Below, one piece after another: positions 23,255-33,116 of a stretch of 33,752 nt of DNA. Source of the DNA: Candidatus Eiseniibacteriota bacterium. GTDB lineage: Bacteria; Eisenbacteria; RBG-16-71-46; CAZEPH01. The DNA lies in assembly GCA_044229145.1 (NCBI GenBank), contig JBGATO010000041.1:1-33752 (forward strand), written 5' to 3'. Each line of letters begins with the position of its first letter. Within the stretch, counting starts at the first letter, position 1. A model generated the notes under the pieces. That model did no database searches, had not been told where the DNA came from, and saw nothing but the letters and a program-made list of their open reading frames with translations. The position numbers were made by a program, and so were the translations under genes.

Positions 23255-24844
23255 ATGCGCCGCATCCTGACATCGCTCCTGCTGCTCGCCGTGTGCGCGG
23301 TCGCCACCGCGCCGGCGGCCCGCGCGCAGTCCTCCGCCGCGCTCATCGACTCGCTGCAGCGCTGCGGCTTCAACTACTTCTGGAACGAAGCGAATCCGGC
23401 GAACGGGCTGATCAAGGACCGCTCCACGGAAACGTCGCCCGCCAGCATCGCCGCCACCGGATTCGGGTTGAGCGCGATCTGCATCGGCATCGATCACGGC
23501 TGGGTGCCGCGTGCGCAGGCCGCGGACCGCGTGCTCACGACGCTGAACACGTTCTGGACGTATCCGCAGGGCAGCGGCACCGCGAACATCATCGGCTACA
23601 AAGGGCTGTTCTATCACTTCCTCGACATGAACAGCGGCTACCGGACGTGGGATTGCGAGCTGTCGACCATCGACACCGCGCTCTTGCTCGCCGGCATCCT
23701 CGACGCCAAGCAGTACTTCACCACCAGCGACCCGACCGAGGTGCAGATCCGCGCGCTCGCCGACTCGATCTACCGCCGCGTGGACTGGGCGTACATGCAA
23801 AACCTGTCGACCGGCATCTACATGGGGTGGAAGCCGGGCACCGGCTTCAGCGGCTTCGGCAAGTGGATCGGCTATAACGAAGCGTCGATTCTCTACATCT
23901 TGGCGATGGGCTCGCCGACGCATCCGTCGTCCACCAGCGGCTGGTCGTACTGGACGTCGGGCTATCAGTGGGCGACGTACTATGGCTACTCGTACGTGAT
24001 CTTCCCGCCGCTGTTCGGTCACCAGTACTCGCAGTGCTGGCTCGACATGCGCAACATCGCCGACTCGTACATGCACACGAAGGGCATCACCTACTTCGAG
24101 AACTCGCGCCGGGCGACGCTGGCGCAGCGCGCGTACTGCATCGCCAATCCTTATCACCGCGTTGCGTACTCGGACTCGCTGTGGAGTCTGACCGCGAGCG
24201 ACGATCCGTTCGGCTACGCTGCGCACGGCGCCCCGCCGGCGCAGAGCGACAACGGCACGATTTCGCCGACCGCGGCGCTGAGCTCGATGCCGTTCACGCC
24301 CACCGAATCGCAGCAGGTGCTCGGGACGCTGTGGCGCAACTACAACCTGGCAACCTGGGGACGCTACGGCTTCACCGACGCGTTCAACCCGACCTACAAC
24401 TGGTACGACAGCGACTTCCTCGGGATCGACGTCGGGCCGGAAGTCATCATGTGCGAGAACTACCTCAACCAGCGCGTGTGGAACCGCTTCATGCTGAACG
24501 CCGACGTGCAGCTCGGACTGTCGCGCGCCGGCTTCCTGTCGGCGACCGCGGCGCCGGCGCCGGAGATCGTGCGCGATGGCGTGCGGGTCGACGGCGTATC
24601 GCCGAATCCGGTGGCGCACGGCAGCGCGGCGGTGAGTTACCGTCTGCCGCGCGCGGCGCACGTGCGGTTGGTGGCGTTCGATGCGGCGGGCCGCGTCGCG
24701 GCGACGTTGGTGAACGAGACGCAGGCGGCCGGCGCGCACCAGACGCCGTTCGACACCGCCGGCTTGGCGCCGGGCGTGTACAGCGTGCGGCTCGAGGCGG
24801 ACGGCGCGGTGTCGACGGGGAAGTGCGTGGTGCTGGGGCGCTAG
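23255..24844 (+). CDS. GH144-like (glucoamylase-like/DUF3131) endo-beta-1,2-glucanase with T9SS-type C-terminal domain
   Basis: 'FNYFW...NGLIKDR...SIAATGFGL', 'GLFYHFLD', 'ELSTIDTALL', 'GYNE', 'PLFGHQYS', 'YFENSRRATLAQR', 'YGF.DAFN' and 'LGIDVGP'; CTD starting 'SPNP' and ending 'LAPGVY..RL...K.VVL'. Confidence 0.88.
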   Translation: MRRILTSLLLLAVCAVATAPAARAQSSAALIDSLQRCGFNYFWNEANPANGLIKDRSTETSPASIAATGFGLSAICIGIDHGWVPRAQAADRVLTTLNTFWTYPQGSGTANIIGYKGLFYHFLDMNSGYRTWDCELSTIDTALLLAGILDAKQYFTTSDPTEVQIRALADSIYRRVDWAYMQNLSTGIYMGWKPGTGFSGFGKWIGYNEASILYILAMGSPTHPSSTSGWSYWTSGYQWATYYGYSYVIFPPLFGHQYSQCWLDMRNIADSYMHTKGITYFENSRRATLAQRAYCIANPYHRVAYSDSLWSLTASDDPFGYAAHGAPPAQSDNGTISPTAALSSMPFTPTESQQVLGTLWRNYNLATWGRYGFTDAFNPTYNWYDSDFLGIDVGPEVIMCENYLNQRVWNRFMLNADVQLGLSRAGFLSATAAPAPEIVRDGVRVDGVSPNPVAHGSAAVSYRLPRAAHVRLVAFDAAGRVAATLVNETQAAGAHQTPFDTAGLAPGVYSVRLEADGAVSTGKCVVLGR

Positions 24845-24872
24845 GCGGCCCCCGACATCAGGGAGGAAAGCG

Positions 24873-26333
24873 GTGGCGAGCAGGACGCGCGCGAAGGCGC
24901 GGCGCATCATCGTGGCGTGCGCCGTGGTGGCGATGGCGTGGAGCACCACCGCGCGAGCGGCGACGCATCGTGACGGCACGATGCCGGCGCTCCCGGCCGC
25001 CGATGTCGCCTTTCTCGACTCTCTCGAAGCACGCACCTTTCACTACTTCTGGGATTTGAGCGGCGGCGGCAAGGGGCTGACGCCGGACCGCTGGCCGACG
25101 CCGTCTTTCTGTAGCGTCGGCGCGGTGGGCTTCGCGCTAACGGCGTATCCGATCGGCGCCGAGCGTGGCTACGTCAGCCGCGCCGCGGCGGCTGAGCGCA
25201 CGCTCGAGACGCTGCGCTTCTTCTGGACGGCCCGCCAAGACTCCGCCGCAGCGGGCGCGACCGGTTACCGCGGCTTCTACTATCACTTCCTCGATCCGTC
25301 GAGCGGCGCGCGCTTCGAGCGCGTCGAACTGTCGTCGATGGACACCGCGCTCTTGCTGGGCGGCGTGCTGTTCGTGCAGCAGTACTTCCACAGGCCGTCG
25401 GCCCGCGAACGCGAAATCCGCGCGCTCGCCGACTCGATCTACCGCCGGGTCGACTTCCGCTGGCTGCAGGTGCGGCCGCCGACGTTGTCGCTCGGCTGGT
25501 CGCCCGAGGAAGGGCATCTGCCGTACGACTGGCGCGGGTACAACGAGGCGATGCTGCTGCACATCCTCGCACTCGGCTCGCCGACGCATCCGGCCAGTGG
25601 CGACGTGTGGGGCGCGTGGACGGCGCAGTACACGCGCGTCTACGGCTCGTTCCACGGGCAGACGTTCCTCGGCTTCGCACCGCTGTTCGGACACCAGTAC
25701 TCGCACACGTGGATCGACTTTCGCGGGATCCAAGACAAGCCGATGCGCGCATGGCGTTCCGACTACTTCGAGAACTCGCGCCGCGCCACCCTCGCGCAGC
25801 GGCAGTATGCGCTCGACAATCCGTCTGGCTTCCGCGGGTACGGCGCGCGGCTCTGGGGCCTCACCGCATGCGACGGGCCGCACGACACCACGCTGGCGAT
25901 CGACGGCCAGGAGCGGCGTTTCCAGACGTACGAGGCCCGTGGCGCGTCGGTGGAGCGCGTGACCGATGACGGCACCGTGTCGCCGAGCGCGGCCGGCGGG
26001 TCGATCGCTTTCACGCCGCGGCAGTCGATCGACGTGCTGCGCGCGATGCGCGCCGACCACGGCGACGACGTGTACGGCATCTACGGCTTCGTCGATGCGC
26101 TCAACCCGACGCTGAATGTGCCGGTGCATACGCACCACGGCCGCGTGTCGGCGACGCGCGGCTGGCACGACACCGACTATCTCGGCATCGACGAAGGTCC
26201 GATCCTGGCGATGATCGAGAACGCGCGCACCGGACTCGTGTGGCGCTACATGCGGCGCTCGCCGTACATCGTGCGCGGTTTGCAGCGCGCGGGCTTCACC
26301 GGCGGCTGGCTTCCGGCGCGGAGCGCGCGGTAG
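24873..26333 (+). CDS. GH144-like beta-1,2-glucanase, second paralog without CTD
   Basis: GTG start after GGGAGGA; signal peptide; same motif set (GFYYHFLD, ELSSMDTALL, GYNEAM, PLFGHQYS, YFENSRRAT, LGIDEGP). Confidence 0.88.
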   Translation: MASRTRAKARRIIVACAVVAMAWSTTARAATHRDGTMPALPAADVAFLDSLEARTFHYFWDLSGGGKGLTPDRWPTPSFCSVGAVGFALTAYPIGAERGYVSRAAAAERTLETLRFFWTARQDSAAAGATGYRGFYYHFLDPSSGARFERVELSSMDTALLLGGVLFVQQYFHRPSAREREIRALADSIYRRVDFRWLQVRPPTLSLGWSPEEGHLPYDWRGYNEAMLLHILALGSPTHPASGDVWGAWTAQYTRVYGSFHGQTFLGFAPLFGHQYSHTWIDFRGIQDKPMRAWRSDYFENSRRATLAQRQYALDNPSGFRGYGARLWGLTACDGPHDTTLAIDGQERRFQTYEARGASVERVTDDGTVSPSAAGGSIAFTPRQSIDVLRAMRADHGDDVYGIYGFVDALNPTLNVPVHTHHGRVSATRGWHDTDYLGIDEGPILAMIENARTGLVWRYMRRSPYIVRGLQRAGFTGGWLPARSAR

Positions 26334-26335
26334 TC

Positions 26336-27631
26336 ATGCGCCGTGTGCTCGCCGCGGTGCTCGCGACGTGCGCCGTCGTGGCGTTCGGCGGCTGCGGTGC
26401 GAAGCGCCACGACGGCGTCACGCTGCGCTTCTGGGCGATGGGCGCGGAAGGCGAAACCGTGCAGCCGCTCATCGCCGATTTCGAGCGCGAGAACCCAGGC
26501 GTGCACGTCGAGGTGCAGCAGATTCCGTGGTCGGCCGCGCACGAGAAGTTGCTCACCTGCGTGGTCGGGCGTTCGACGCCGGACGTGTCGCAGCTCGGGA
26601 ACACATGGGTGCCGGAGTTCGTGGCGCTCAAGGCGGTGGAGCCGCTGCAGCCGTACGTGGACTCGAGCGCGGTGATCGCACGGGACAAGTTCTTCGGCGG
26701 CATCTGGGACACCAACGTGGTCGGCGGCGCGCCGTACGGCATTCCGTGGTACGTCGACACGCGCGTGCTGTTCTACCGCACCGACATCCTGCGCCGCGCC
26801 GGCTACGCGACGATGCCGGACAACTGGCGCGACTGGCGCGCGTGCATGGTTGCCGTGAAGAAGCTGCTCGGGCCGAAGCACTACGCGATCCTGCTGCCGT
26901 CGAACGAGTTCGAGCAGCCGCTGCTGTTCGGCCTGCAAACCGGATCGGCGTATCTCACCGAGGGCGAGACGCGCGGCGCGTTCACGTCGCCCGAGTTCCG
27001 GCGCGCGTTCGACTTCTACGTGTCGCTGTATCGCGATGGTTTGGCGCCCGGCATCAGCGATCAGGTGATCTCGAATCTCTATCAGGAGTTCGAGAAGGGC
27101 ACGTTCGCGATGTTCATCACCGGACCGTGGAACATCGGCGAGTGCACGAAGCGGCTGCCGGCGTCGCTGCAGAACGCGTGGACGACGGCGCCGCTTCCCG
27201 GGCCGGACGGTCCGGCGAGCGGCTTCTCGAGCGCGGGCGGCTCGTCGCTCGTCGTGTTCCGTAACTCGCCGCACAAGGAGCTCGCGTGGAAGCTGGTCGA
27301 GTTCCTGTCGCGGCCCGAGCAGCAGGTGCGTTTCTATCATCTGAGCGGTGACCTGCCGGCGCGCGTCGAGTCGTGGCGCGACACGACGTTCACGCGCGAT
27401 CCGCGCATCGCCGCGTTCGGCACGCAGCTGACGCGCGTGAAGCCGGGGCCGCAGGTGCCGGAGTGGAGTCAGATCCAGGCGCAGTTCTTGGTGCGCAGCG
27501 AGCCGGTGGTGCGCGGCGTCGCACGGCCGGATTCGGCGCTCGCGCAGCTCGACGCCGATGTCGCGCGCATCCTCGAGAAGCGGCGCTGGCTGCTCGCGCA
27601 CGGCAAGCTCGCCGCAGGAGCCGCGCAATGA
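26336..27631 (+). CDS. Sugar ABC transporter substrate-binding lipoprotein (CUT1)
   Basis: Lipobox FGGC; 'FWAMG.EGE...FERENPGVHVEVQQIPW.AAHEKLLT', 'YGIPWYVDTRVLFYR.D' and 'AGGSSL'. Confidence 0.93.
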   Translation: MRRVLAAVLATCAVVAFGGCGAKRHDGVTLRFWAMGAEGETVQPLIADFERENPGVHVEVQQIPWSAAHEKLLTCVVGRSTPDVSQLGNTWVPEFVALKAVEPLQPYVDSSAVIARDKFFGGIWDTNVVGGAPYGIPWYVDTRVLFYRTDILRRAGYATMPDNWRDWRACMVAVKKLLGPKHYAILLPSNEFEQPLLFGLQTGSAYLTEGETRGAFTSPEFRRAFDFYVSLYRDGLAPGISDQVISNLYQEFEKGTFAMFITGPWNIGECTKRLPASLQNAWTTAPLPGPDGPASGFSSAGGSSLVVFRNSPHKELAWKLVEFLSRPEQQVRFYHLSGDLPARVESWRDTTFTRDPRIAAFGTQLTRVKPGPQVPEWSQIQAQFLVRSEPVVRGVARPDSALAQLDADVARILEKRRWLLAHGKLAAGAAQ

Positions 27632-28521
27632 CGCCGGCCTACGCCCGTCGCGAAGCGCGCACCGCGTGGCTGTTCGTCACGCCGGCGCTCGTGCTGCTCG
27701 GCGTCTTCTTCGCCGTGCCGGTGCTCACCGGCTTCCTCCTCAGCTTCACCGACTACGACATCTACGCGATCGGCGATCCCTCGGTGATGCGCGTCGTCGG
27801 CCTGCGCAACTACACGGCGATGCTCGAATCGAAGGAGTTCTGGCACGCGGTGCGCGTCACGATGATCTACGTCGTGTTCGGCGGCGCACTGTCGGTGGCG
27901 GCGTCGCTCGGCGCCGCGCTGTTGCTGCACGCGAAAGCGGTGCGCCTGCGCGGTGTGTTCCGCTCGATCTTCTTCACGCCGTACGTGACGACGCTGGTCG
28001 CCGTCGCCATCGTGTGGCGCTATCTCTATCACCCCGAGTACGGCTTGATCGACGCCACGCTCGCCGCGCTGCATCTGCCGAAGATCGACTGGCTCGGCGA
28101 TCCACACTGGGCGATGCCCTCGATCATCGTCATGTCGACGTGGAAGAACTTCGGCTACAACATGCTGATCTTCGTCGCCGGGCTGCTCAACATTCCGGAC
28201 GAACAATACGAGGCGGCGCGGCTGGATGGCGCCGGACCGTGGGCGCAGTTTCGGTACGTCACGCTTCCGGCGCTCGCGCCGACGTTCTTCTTCGTCGGCG
28301 TGCTGACGATGGTCGGCAACTTCCAACTGTTCTCCGAGCCGTACGTGATGACGCAGGGCGGGCCGTTGCGTTCGACGGTGAGCGTCGTGTTGCTCATGTA
28401 CGAGGAAGGCTTCCGCTGGTGGCGTCTCGGCAACGCGACGGCGATCGCGTTCCTGCTGTTCGCGTTCATGCTCGTCGGGACGTGGATCCAGTCCCGCGTG
28501 GCGAAGGCGCAGGACGCATGA
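27628..28521 (+). CDS. Sugar ABC transporter permease (MalF/UgpA-like)
   Basis: Multiple hydrophobic helices; EAA loop 'IPDEQYEAARLDGA..W..FRYVTLP.L'; ATGA overlap with the binding-protein gene. Confidence 0.95.
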   Translation: MTPAYARREARTAWLFVTPALVLLGVFFAVPVLTGFLLSFTDYDIYAIGDPSVMRVVGLRNYTAMLESKEFWHAVRVTMIYVVFGGALSVAASLGAALLLHAKAVRLRGVFRSIFFTPYVTTLVAVAIVWRYLYHPEYGLIDATLAALHLPKIDWLGDPHWAMPSIIVMSTWKNFGYNMLIFVAGLLNIPDEQYEAARLDGAGPWAQFRYVTLPALAPTFFFVGVLTMVGNFQLFSEPYVMTQGGPLRSTVSVVLLMYEEGFRWWRLGNATAIAFLLFAFMLVGTWIQSRVAKAQDA

Positions 28522-29339
28522 GACGGCGACTCGGACCGCTCGCGGTGCACGCGGCGCTCGTCGCCGGAGCGGCGCTCACGCTGACGCCGCTGGTGTGGAT
28601 GGTGGCCGCGTCGTTCATGCCGACCGGCCAGGCGACAGCATTGCCGCCGCGCTTGCTGCCATCGCCGGCGACCCTCGCGCACTATCGCGACCTCTTCGAG
28701 CGGCTGAACCTGGCGCGCGCCTTCGTCAACAGCGCGATCGTGTCCGTCGTGGCGACGCTCGGCGCACTGCTCATCACCGGCATGAGCGGTTATGCATTCG
28801 CCAAGTTGCGCTTCACCGGCCGCGACCGCGTGTTCCAATCGTTGATGATGGCGATGGTGGTGCCGTCGCAGGTCGCGATGCTGCCGTTGTTCCTGCTGCT
28901 GCGGAAGATGGGCCTCGTCAACTCGCTGGCCGGCGTGGTGATTCCGTTCCTGTGTCCGGCGTTCGGCATCTTCATGATCCGCCAGTTCGCGCTGTCGATT
29001 CCCGACGATCTGCTCGACGCCGCGCGCATCGACGGCGGTTCCGAGTGGCGCATCTTCCGCGAGATCGTCGTGCCGCTGTTGCAGCCGATTCTGGTGACGC
29101 AGGCGCTGTTCACGTTCCTGTCGTCGTGGAACGAGTTCCTGTGGCCGCTGATAACCCTGAGCGACTCGGCGAAGTGGACGCTGCCGGTGGCGCTCGCCAA
29201 CATGAGCGGCGAACACGTGCAGGACACCGAACTCATGATGGCCGGCGCGGTGACCACCGTGCTGCCGGTGCTGATCGTCTTTCTCGCGCTGCAGCGCTTC
29301 TACATTCGCGGCGTGATGATGGGGAGTGTGAAGGGGTGA
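28518..29339 (+). CDS. Sugar ABC transporter permease (MalG/UgpE-like)
   Basis: 'GYAFAKLRF.GRD', EAA loop 'IPDDLLDAARIDG', 'WNEFLWPL', ends 'GSVKG'. Confidence 0.95.
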   Translation: MRRRLGPLAVHAALVAGAALTLTPLVWMVAASFMPTGQATALPPRLLPSPATLAHYRDLFERLNLARAFVNSAIVSVVATLGALLITGMSGYAFAKLRFTGRDRVFQSLMMAMVVPSQVAMLPLFLLLRKMGLVNSLAGVVIPFLCPAFGIFMIRQFALSIPDDLLDAARIDGGSEWRIFREIVVPLLQPILVTQALFTFLSSWNEFLWPLITLSDSAKWTLPVALANMSGEHVQDTELMMAGAVTTVLPVLIVFLALQRFYIRGVMMGSVKG

Positions 29340-30268
29340 CGATGCGCGTGTGGGCGGTTGCGGTGGTCGTCGCGGCGTGCGTCGCGAGCGTGGCGTCGGC
29401 GCAGGACGTGCGGCCCGATGGCAAGGGCGGCGCGCGGGTGCGCACCGGTCCGCCGCGCGTCGTGGTCGATGATTTCGACGATGTCTCCCCTTGGTCCGCG
29501 CATCCCGCCGACGGCGTGACGCTCGCGTTGGCGACGGACGAAGACGTCGTCTCGCGCACGATGCGTCTCGACGTGCACTTCGTCACCGGCGGCGGCTACG
29601 CCGTGGCGCGGCGCGCGGTGTCGCTGGACCTGCCGGCGAACTACCGCTTCCGGTTGCACGTCCGCGGCGACATCGGGCCGGAAGATCTCGAGTTCAAGTT
29701 GATCGACTCCACCGGCGCGAACGTGTGGTGGTGTAACCGCCGCAACTTCGTCTTCCCGCGCGAGTGGACCGAACTCGTGACCCGCAAGCGCGACATCTCG
29801 TTCGCGTGGGGCCCGGCCGGCGGCGGCGAGCCGCGCCACATCGCGGCGATCGAGTTCGCCGTCACCGCCGGCAGCGGCGGGCAGGGCAGCGTGTGGCTCG
29901 ACGACCTCGTGCTCGAGGAACTGCCGGTGCCGCCCGCCGTTCCGCCGCGTCCGGTGGCGAGCGCGTCGTCGGGCGCGGCGCGGCCCGCGGTCGATGGCGT
30001 CGCACGCACCGCGTGGACGACAGCGCGCGGCGATGCGTCGCCGTGGCTCATGCTCGACTTCGGGTATCTGCGTGAGTTCGGTGGCCTGACGCTCGACTGG
30101 GCGCCCGGCCGCGCGCTGCGCGACTACGACGTCGACCTCTCCGACGATCACGAAACCTGGCGCCCCGCGCGCGCCGTGCGCGGCGGCGATGGCGGGCGCG
30201 ACCACGTGTACACGCCCGGCAGCGAGGCGCGCTACGTGCGCGTGCGCGCCGCCTCGCCCGCGCCGCGC

Positions 30269-30380
30269 GGCTGCGCGCTCGCCGAGGTGCGCGTGCGCGA
30301 CGTCCCATGGTCCGCGACGATGAAGGCTGCGCGCTCGCCGAGGTACGCGTGCACGACGTCGCATGGTCCGCGACGATGAA
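30269..30380 (+). repeat. 56-bp tandem duplication with 3 substitutions
   Basis: 30269-30324 and 30325-30380 are near-identical copies; 56 is not a multiple of 3, so the frame shifts. Confidence 0.95.
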
Positions 30381-31350
30381 CGACTTCATCCGCGCGCTCG
30401 CCGCCGACGCCCCGCGCGGCACCTATCCGCGCGGCATGTCCGGCGAGCAGCAGTTCTGGACCATCGCCGGCGTCGACGGCGCGGACGACGAAGCGCTGAT
30501 CTCCGAGGACGGCGCCATCGAGCGCGTCGCGCGCGGCGGATCGATCGAACCATTCTTGCTCGACGGCGGCCGACTCGTGACGTGGGCCGACGCGCGCGTG
30601 ACGCAATCGCTCGCCGACGATTGCCTGCCGATTCCGACGGTGACGTGGCAGACGCCGACGCTCGAGTTGCGCACCACCGCGTATGCGTTCGGCACGCGCG
30701 ACGCGTCCGCGCTTCTCGTGCGCTACGCCGTGCGCAACCGCGGCGGCGCGCGCGCGACGCCGCGCCTCGTGCTCGCCGCGCGGCCGTTCCAAGTCAATCC
30801 GCCGTCGCAGTGGCTCAACGTGCAAGGCGGATGGAGTCCCGTCGACTCGATCGCCGAATCGTTCGGCACGCTGTTCGTCAACGGCGTGCGCGCCTGCGTG
30901 CCGGTCGAACCCGCGAACGACTTCCGCGCGCGGCCGTTCGTCGACGGCGACATCGTCGCGTGGCTGCGCACCCACGGCTGGCCGCGCTCGCGCGTCGCGC
31001 CCGCGTTCGAGATCCAAGCGGCGAGCGGCCTCGATGAAGTGAACGGCGACGCGATGCACGGTGCCTCCGGCGCGTATGTGTACGATCTCGCGCTCGCGCC
31101 GCACGGCGCCGACACCGTCGACGTGCTGGTGCCGCTCGGCGACGACTTCCCGCCGGGACTTTCCCTCCCGCGTGGCAAGGCCGGACGCCGCGCGTGGGCG
31201 GACTCGATCGCCGAGTCCGTGCATGACGCGTGGGCCGCGAAGGTCGCCACGCTTCCGCTCGCGCTGCCGGATTCGTTGCGCGACGTCGCCAACGCCGTGC
31301 GCGCGCAGGTGTGCTACATGCTCGTGACGCGCGACGGCGCCGCGCTCAAA

Positions 31351-31468
31351 CCCGGCACGCGCTCGTACGACCGCTCGTGGATCCGCGACGGCGCGATGGA
31401 GGCCGCGGCGTGCCTGGCACGCGCGTCGACCGCTCGTGGATCCGCGACGGCGCGATGGAGCCGCGGCG
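31351..31468 (+). repeat. About 60-bp imperfect tandem duplication
   Basis: CGACCGCTCGTGGATCCGCGACGGCGCGATGGAG occurs twice (from about 31368 and 31427); the second copy has flanking indels. Confidence 0.9.
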
Positions 31469-32465
31469 CTGCTGCGTCTCGGCGTCGAGCTGGCGCGCGA
31501 GTACGTCGAGTGGTTCGCCACAGAAGTTGTTCGCCGATGGCAAGGTGCCGTGTTGCGTCGACGCGCGCGGGCCGGACCCGACGCCCGAGAATGACAGCGG
31601 CGGTGAGTTCGTTTACGCCGTCGCCGAGTACGTGCGCGCCACCGGTGATCGCGAGTTCGCCGCGCGGATGTGGCCGGCCGTCGCGCGCGCCGTGGCGTAC
31701 CTCGACACGTTGCGCGCCGCGCGCCGCACCGCACAGTACGCCGGCACCGAGTTCTTCGGGCTACTGCCCGAGTCGATCAGCCACGAAGGCTACAGCGCGA
31801 AGCCGATGCACTCGTATTGGGACGACTGCGGGGCGTTGCGCGGCTATCGCGACGCGGTGGAGTTGGCGACGTTGGTGGGCGATGCCGCAGCCGCCACGCG
31901 CATCGCCGCCGCGCGCGACACGTTCACCGCCGACCTGCGGGCGTCGGTGGCCGCGACGATGCGCGCGCACCGCATCGACTACGTGCCCGGCTGTGCCGAG
32001 CTCGGCGACTTCGACGCGACCTCGACGACGATCGTGCTCGATCCGGTGCAGGCGGGCGACGTGCTGCCGCGCGAGGCGCTCGAGAAGACGTTTGAGAAGT
32101 ATTGGGCGTTCTTCACCGCGCGCCGCGACGGGCGGGAGACGTGGGACGCGTACACGCCGTACGAGATGCGGTGCATCGGCGCGCTTGCGTTGCTCGGGCA
32201 TCGCGACCGCGCGGACGCGGCACTGCGCTACTTCATGGGCGCGCGGCGGCCGGCGGGGTGGCAGCAGTTCCCCGAAGTGATCTGGCGGGAGAATCGGCAA
32301 GCCGCACTTCATTGGGGATTTGCCGCACACGTGGGTCGGGAGTGATTTTGTGCGGAGTGTGTTGACGCTGTATCCGCCGAGGAAGTAGCGGACACCGCTG
32401 CCATCATCGGACGCGCATGCGATAGACTAGCGAGACGCTCCTTTCACCGCGATAGGACTCACGCC

Positions 32466-32606
32466 ATGCCGTTCGAACCGCGCTTTCAGTACTCACATAC
32501 GCTCGTTCGCGAACTCGGCGTCATCGAGAGGGCACGCGCCCTCGTCGGCGTGCTTCCGCTCCCCCCCGATCTCCTCGCTCGCGCCATTCACATAGCCAGG
32601 CGATAG
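32466..32606 (+). pseudogene. N-terminal fragment of a Fic-family protein (46 aa)
   Basis: ATG after AGGA. MPFEPRFQYSHTLVRELGVIERARALVGVLPLPPDLLARAIHIARR resembles the N-terminal helices of Fic proteins; the HPFxDGNGR motif is absent. Confidence 0.55.
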
Positions 32607-32781
32607 CGGGGGTCGCTTGTTTCGCGAAGGCACTCGTGAGTCCAAACTACAAGCAGTTAGCCGCGATGCCGGGTGAAAATAGCGGGGGACGTGCTTGTCC
32701 GATAAGCGGAATTAGCGAGGGCCAGAGGGGAGAGGCGATGACAAGCAGCCTGACACACTTCCGACGCCTGTTGTCTCGGCG

Positions 32782-32994
32782 ATGATCGACCCGACACGCT
32801 GTCCTTTGTGCGGCGAGGCGAACGAGTGCGCGATGGCGGCGGGGAGCGGTGTGTCCTGCTGGTGCGCGAGCATAGCCATCGATCCCGCCGTGATCGAACA
32901 AGTTCCCGAGCCCGCGCGCGGCATCGCCTGCGTCTGCCGGCGGTGCGCGACGGCGGCCGACGACGGCGGCCCGCGTCGCTCGGAATCCGTCTAG
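32782..32994 (+). CDS. Cysteine-rich CWC family small protein
   Basis: CPLCG..N.C ... CWC ... CVC..C pattern. Confidence 0.85.
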   Translation: MIDPTRCPLCGEANECAMAAGSGVSCWCASIAIDPAVIEQVPEPARGIACVCRRCATAADDGGPRRSESV

Positions 32995-33116
32995 CGGGAT
33001 CGCCCCGCTCTCTCACCCTCGCCCGCCAGACACCCCATCGTAGTACTTCGCGGCAGATGAGTTGACAGATGTGGTTGCCTCCAGCGGAGACTTGCCACTC
33101 CACGGCATGTCGATCG

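Larger units (their letters stand above)
29342..32388 (+). pseudogene. Discoidin (F5/8 type C) domain plus (alpha/alpha)6 glycosidase-like protein, frameshifted and C-terminally truncated (likely assembly errors)
   Basis: Signal peptide, a CBM-like domain and a discoidin domain (AVDG...W...WLMLDFG..REFGGL...ARYVR). These are followed by 'PGTRSYDRSWIRDG', 'PENDS.GE', 'GLLPESISHEGYSAKPMHSYWDD', 'YTPYE.R' and 'FIGDLPHTWVGSDFVRS', spread over several frames. Confidence 0.8.

Noticed and set aside
30269..31468. Tandem repeats considered as a CRISPR array, DGR template/variable repeat or programmed frameshift
   Set aside because: Only two adjacent copies each, no spacers, no reverse transcriptase and no slippery site; best explained as assembly artefacts.
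32995..33116. attC site after the CWC gene, and TTGACA at 33062 as the integrase promoter
   Set aside because: No RYYYAAC...GTTRRRY pair with internal dyad symmetry was found, and there is no acceptable -10 at 16-18 bp from the TTGACA.
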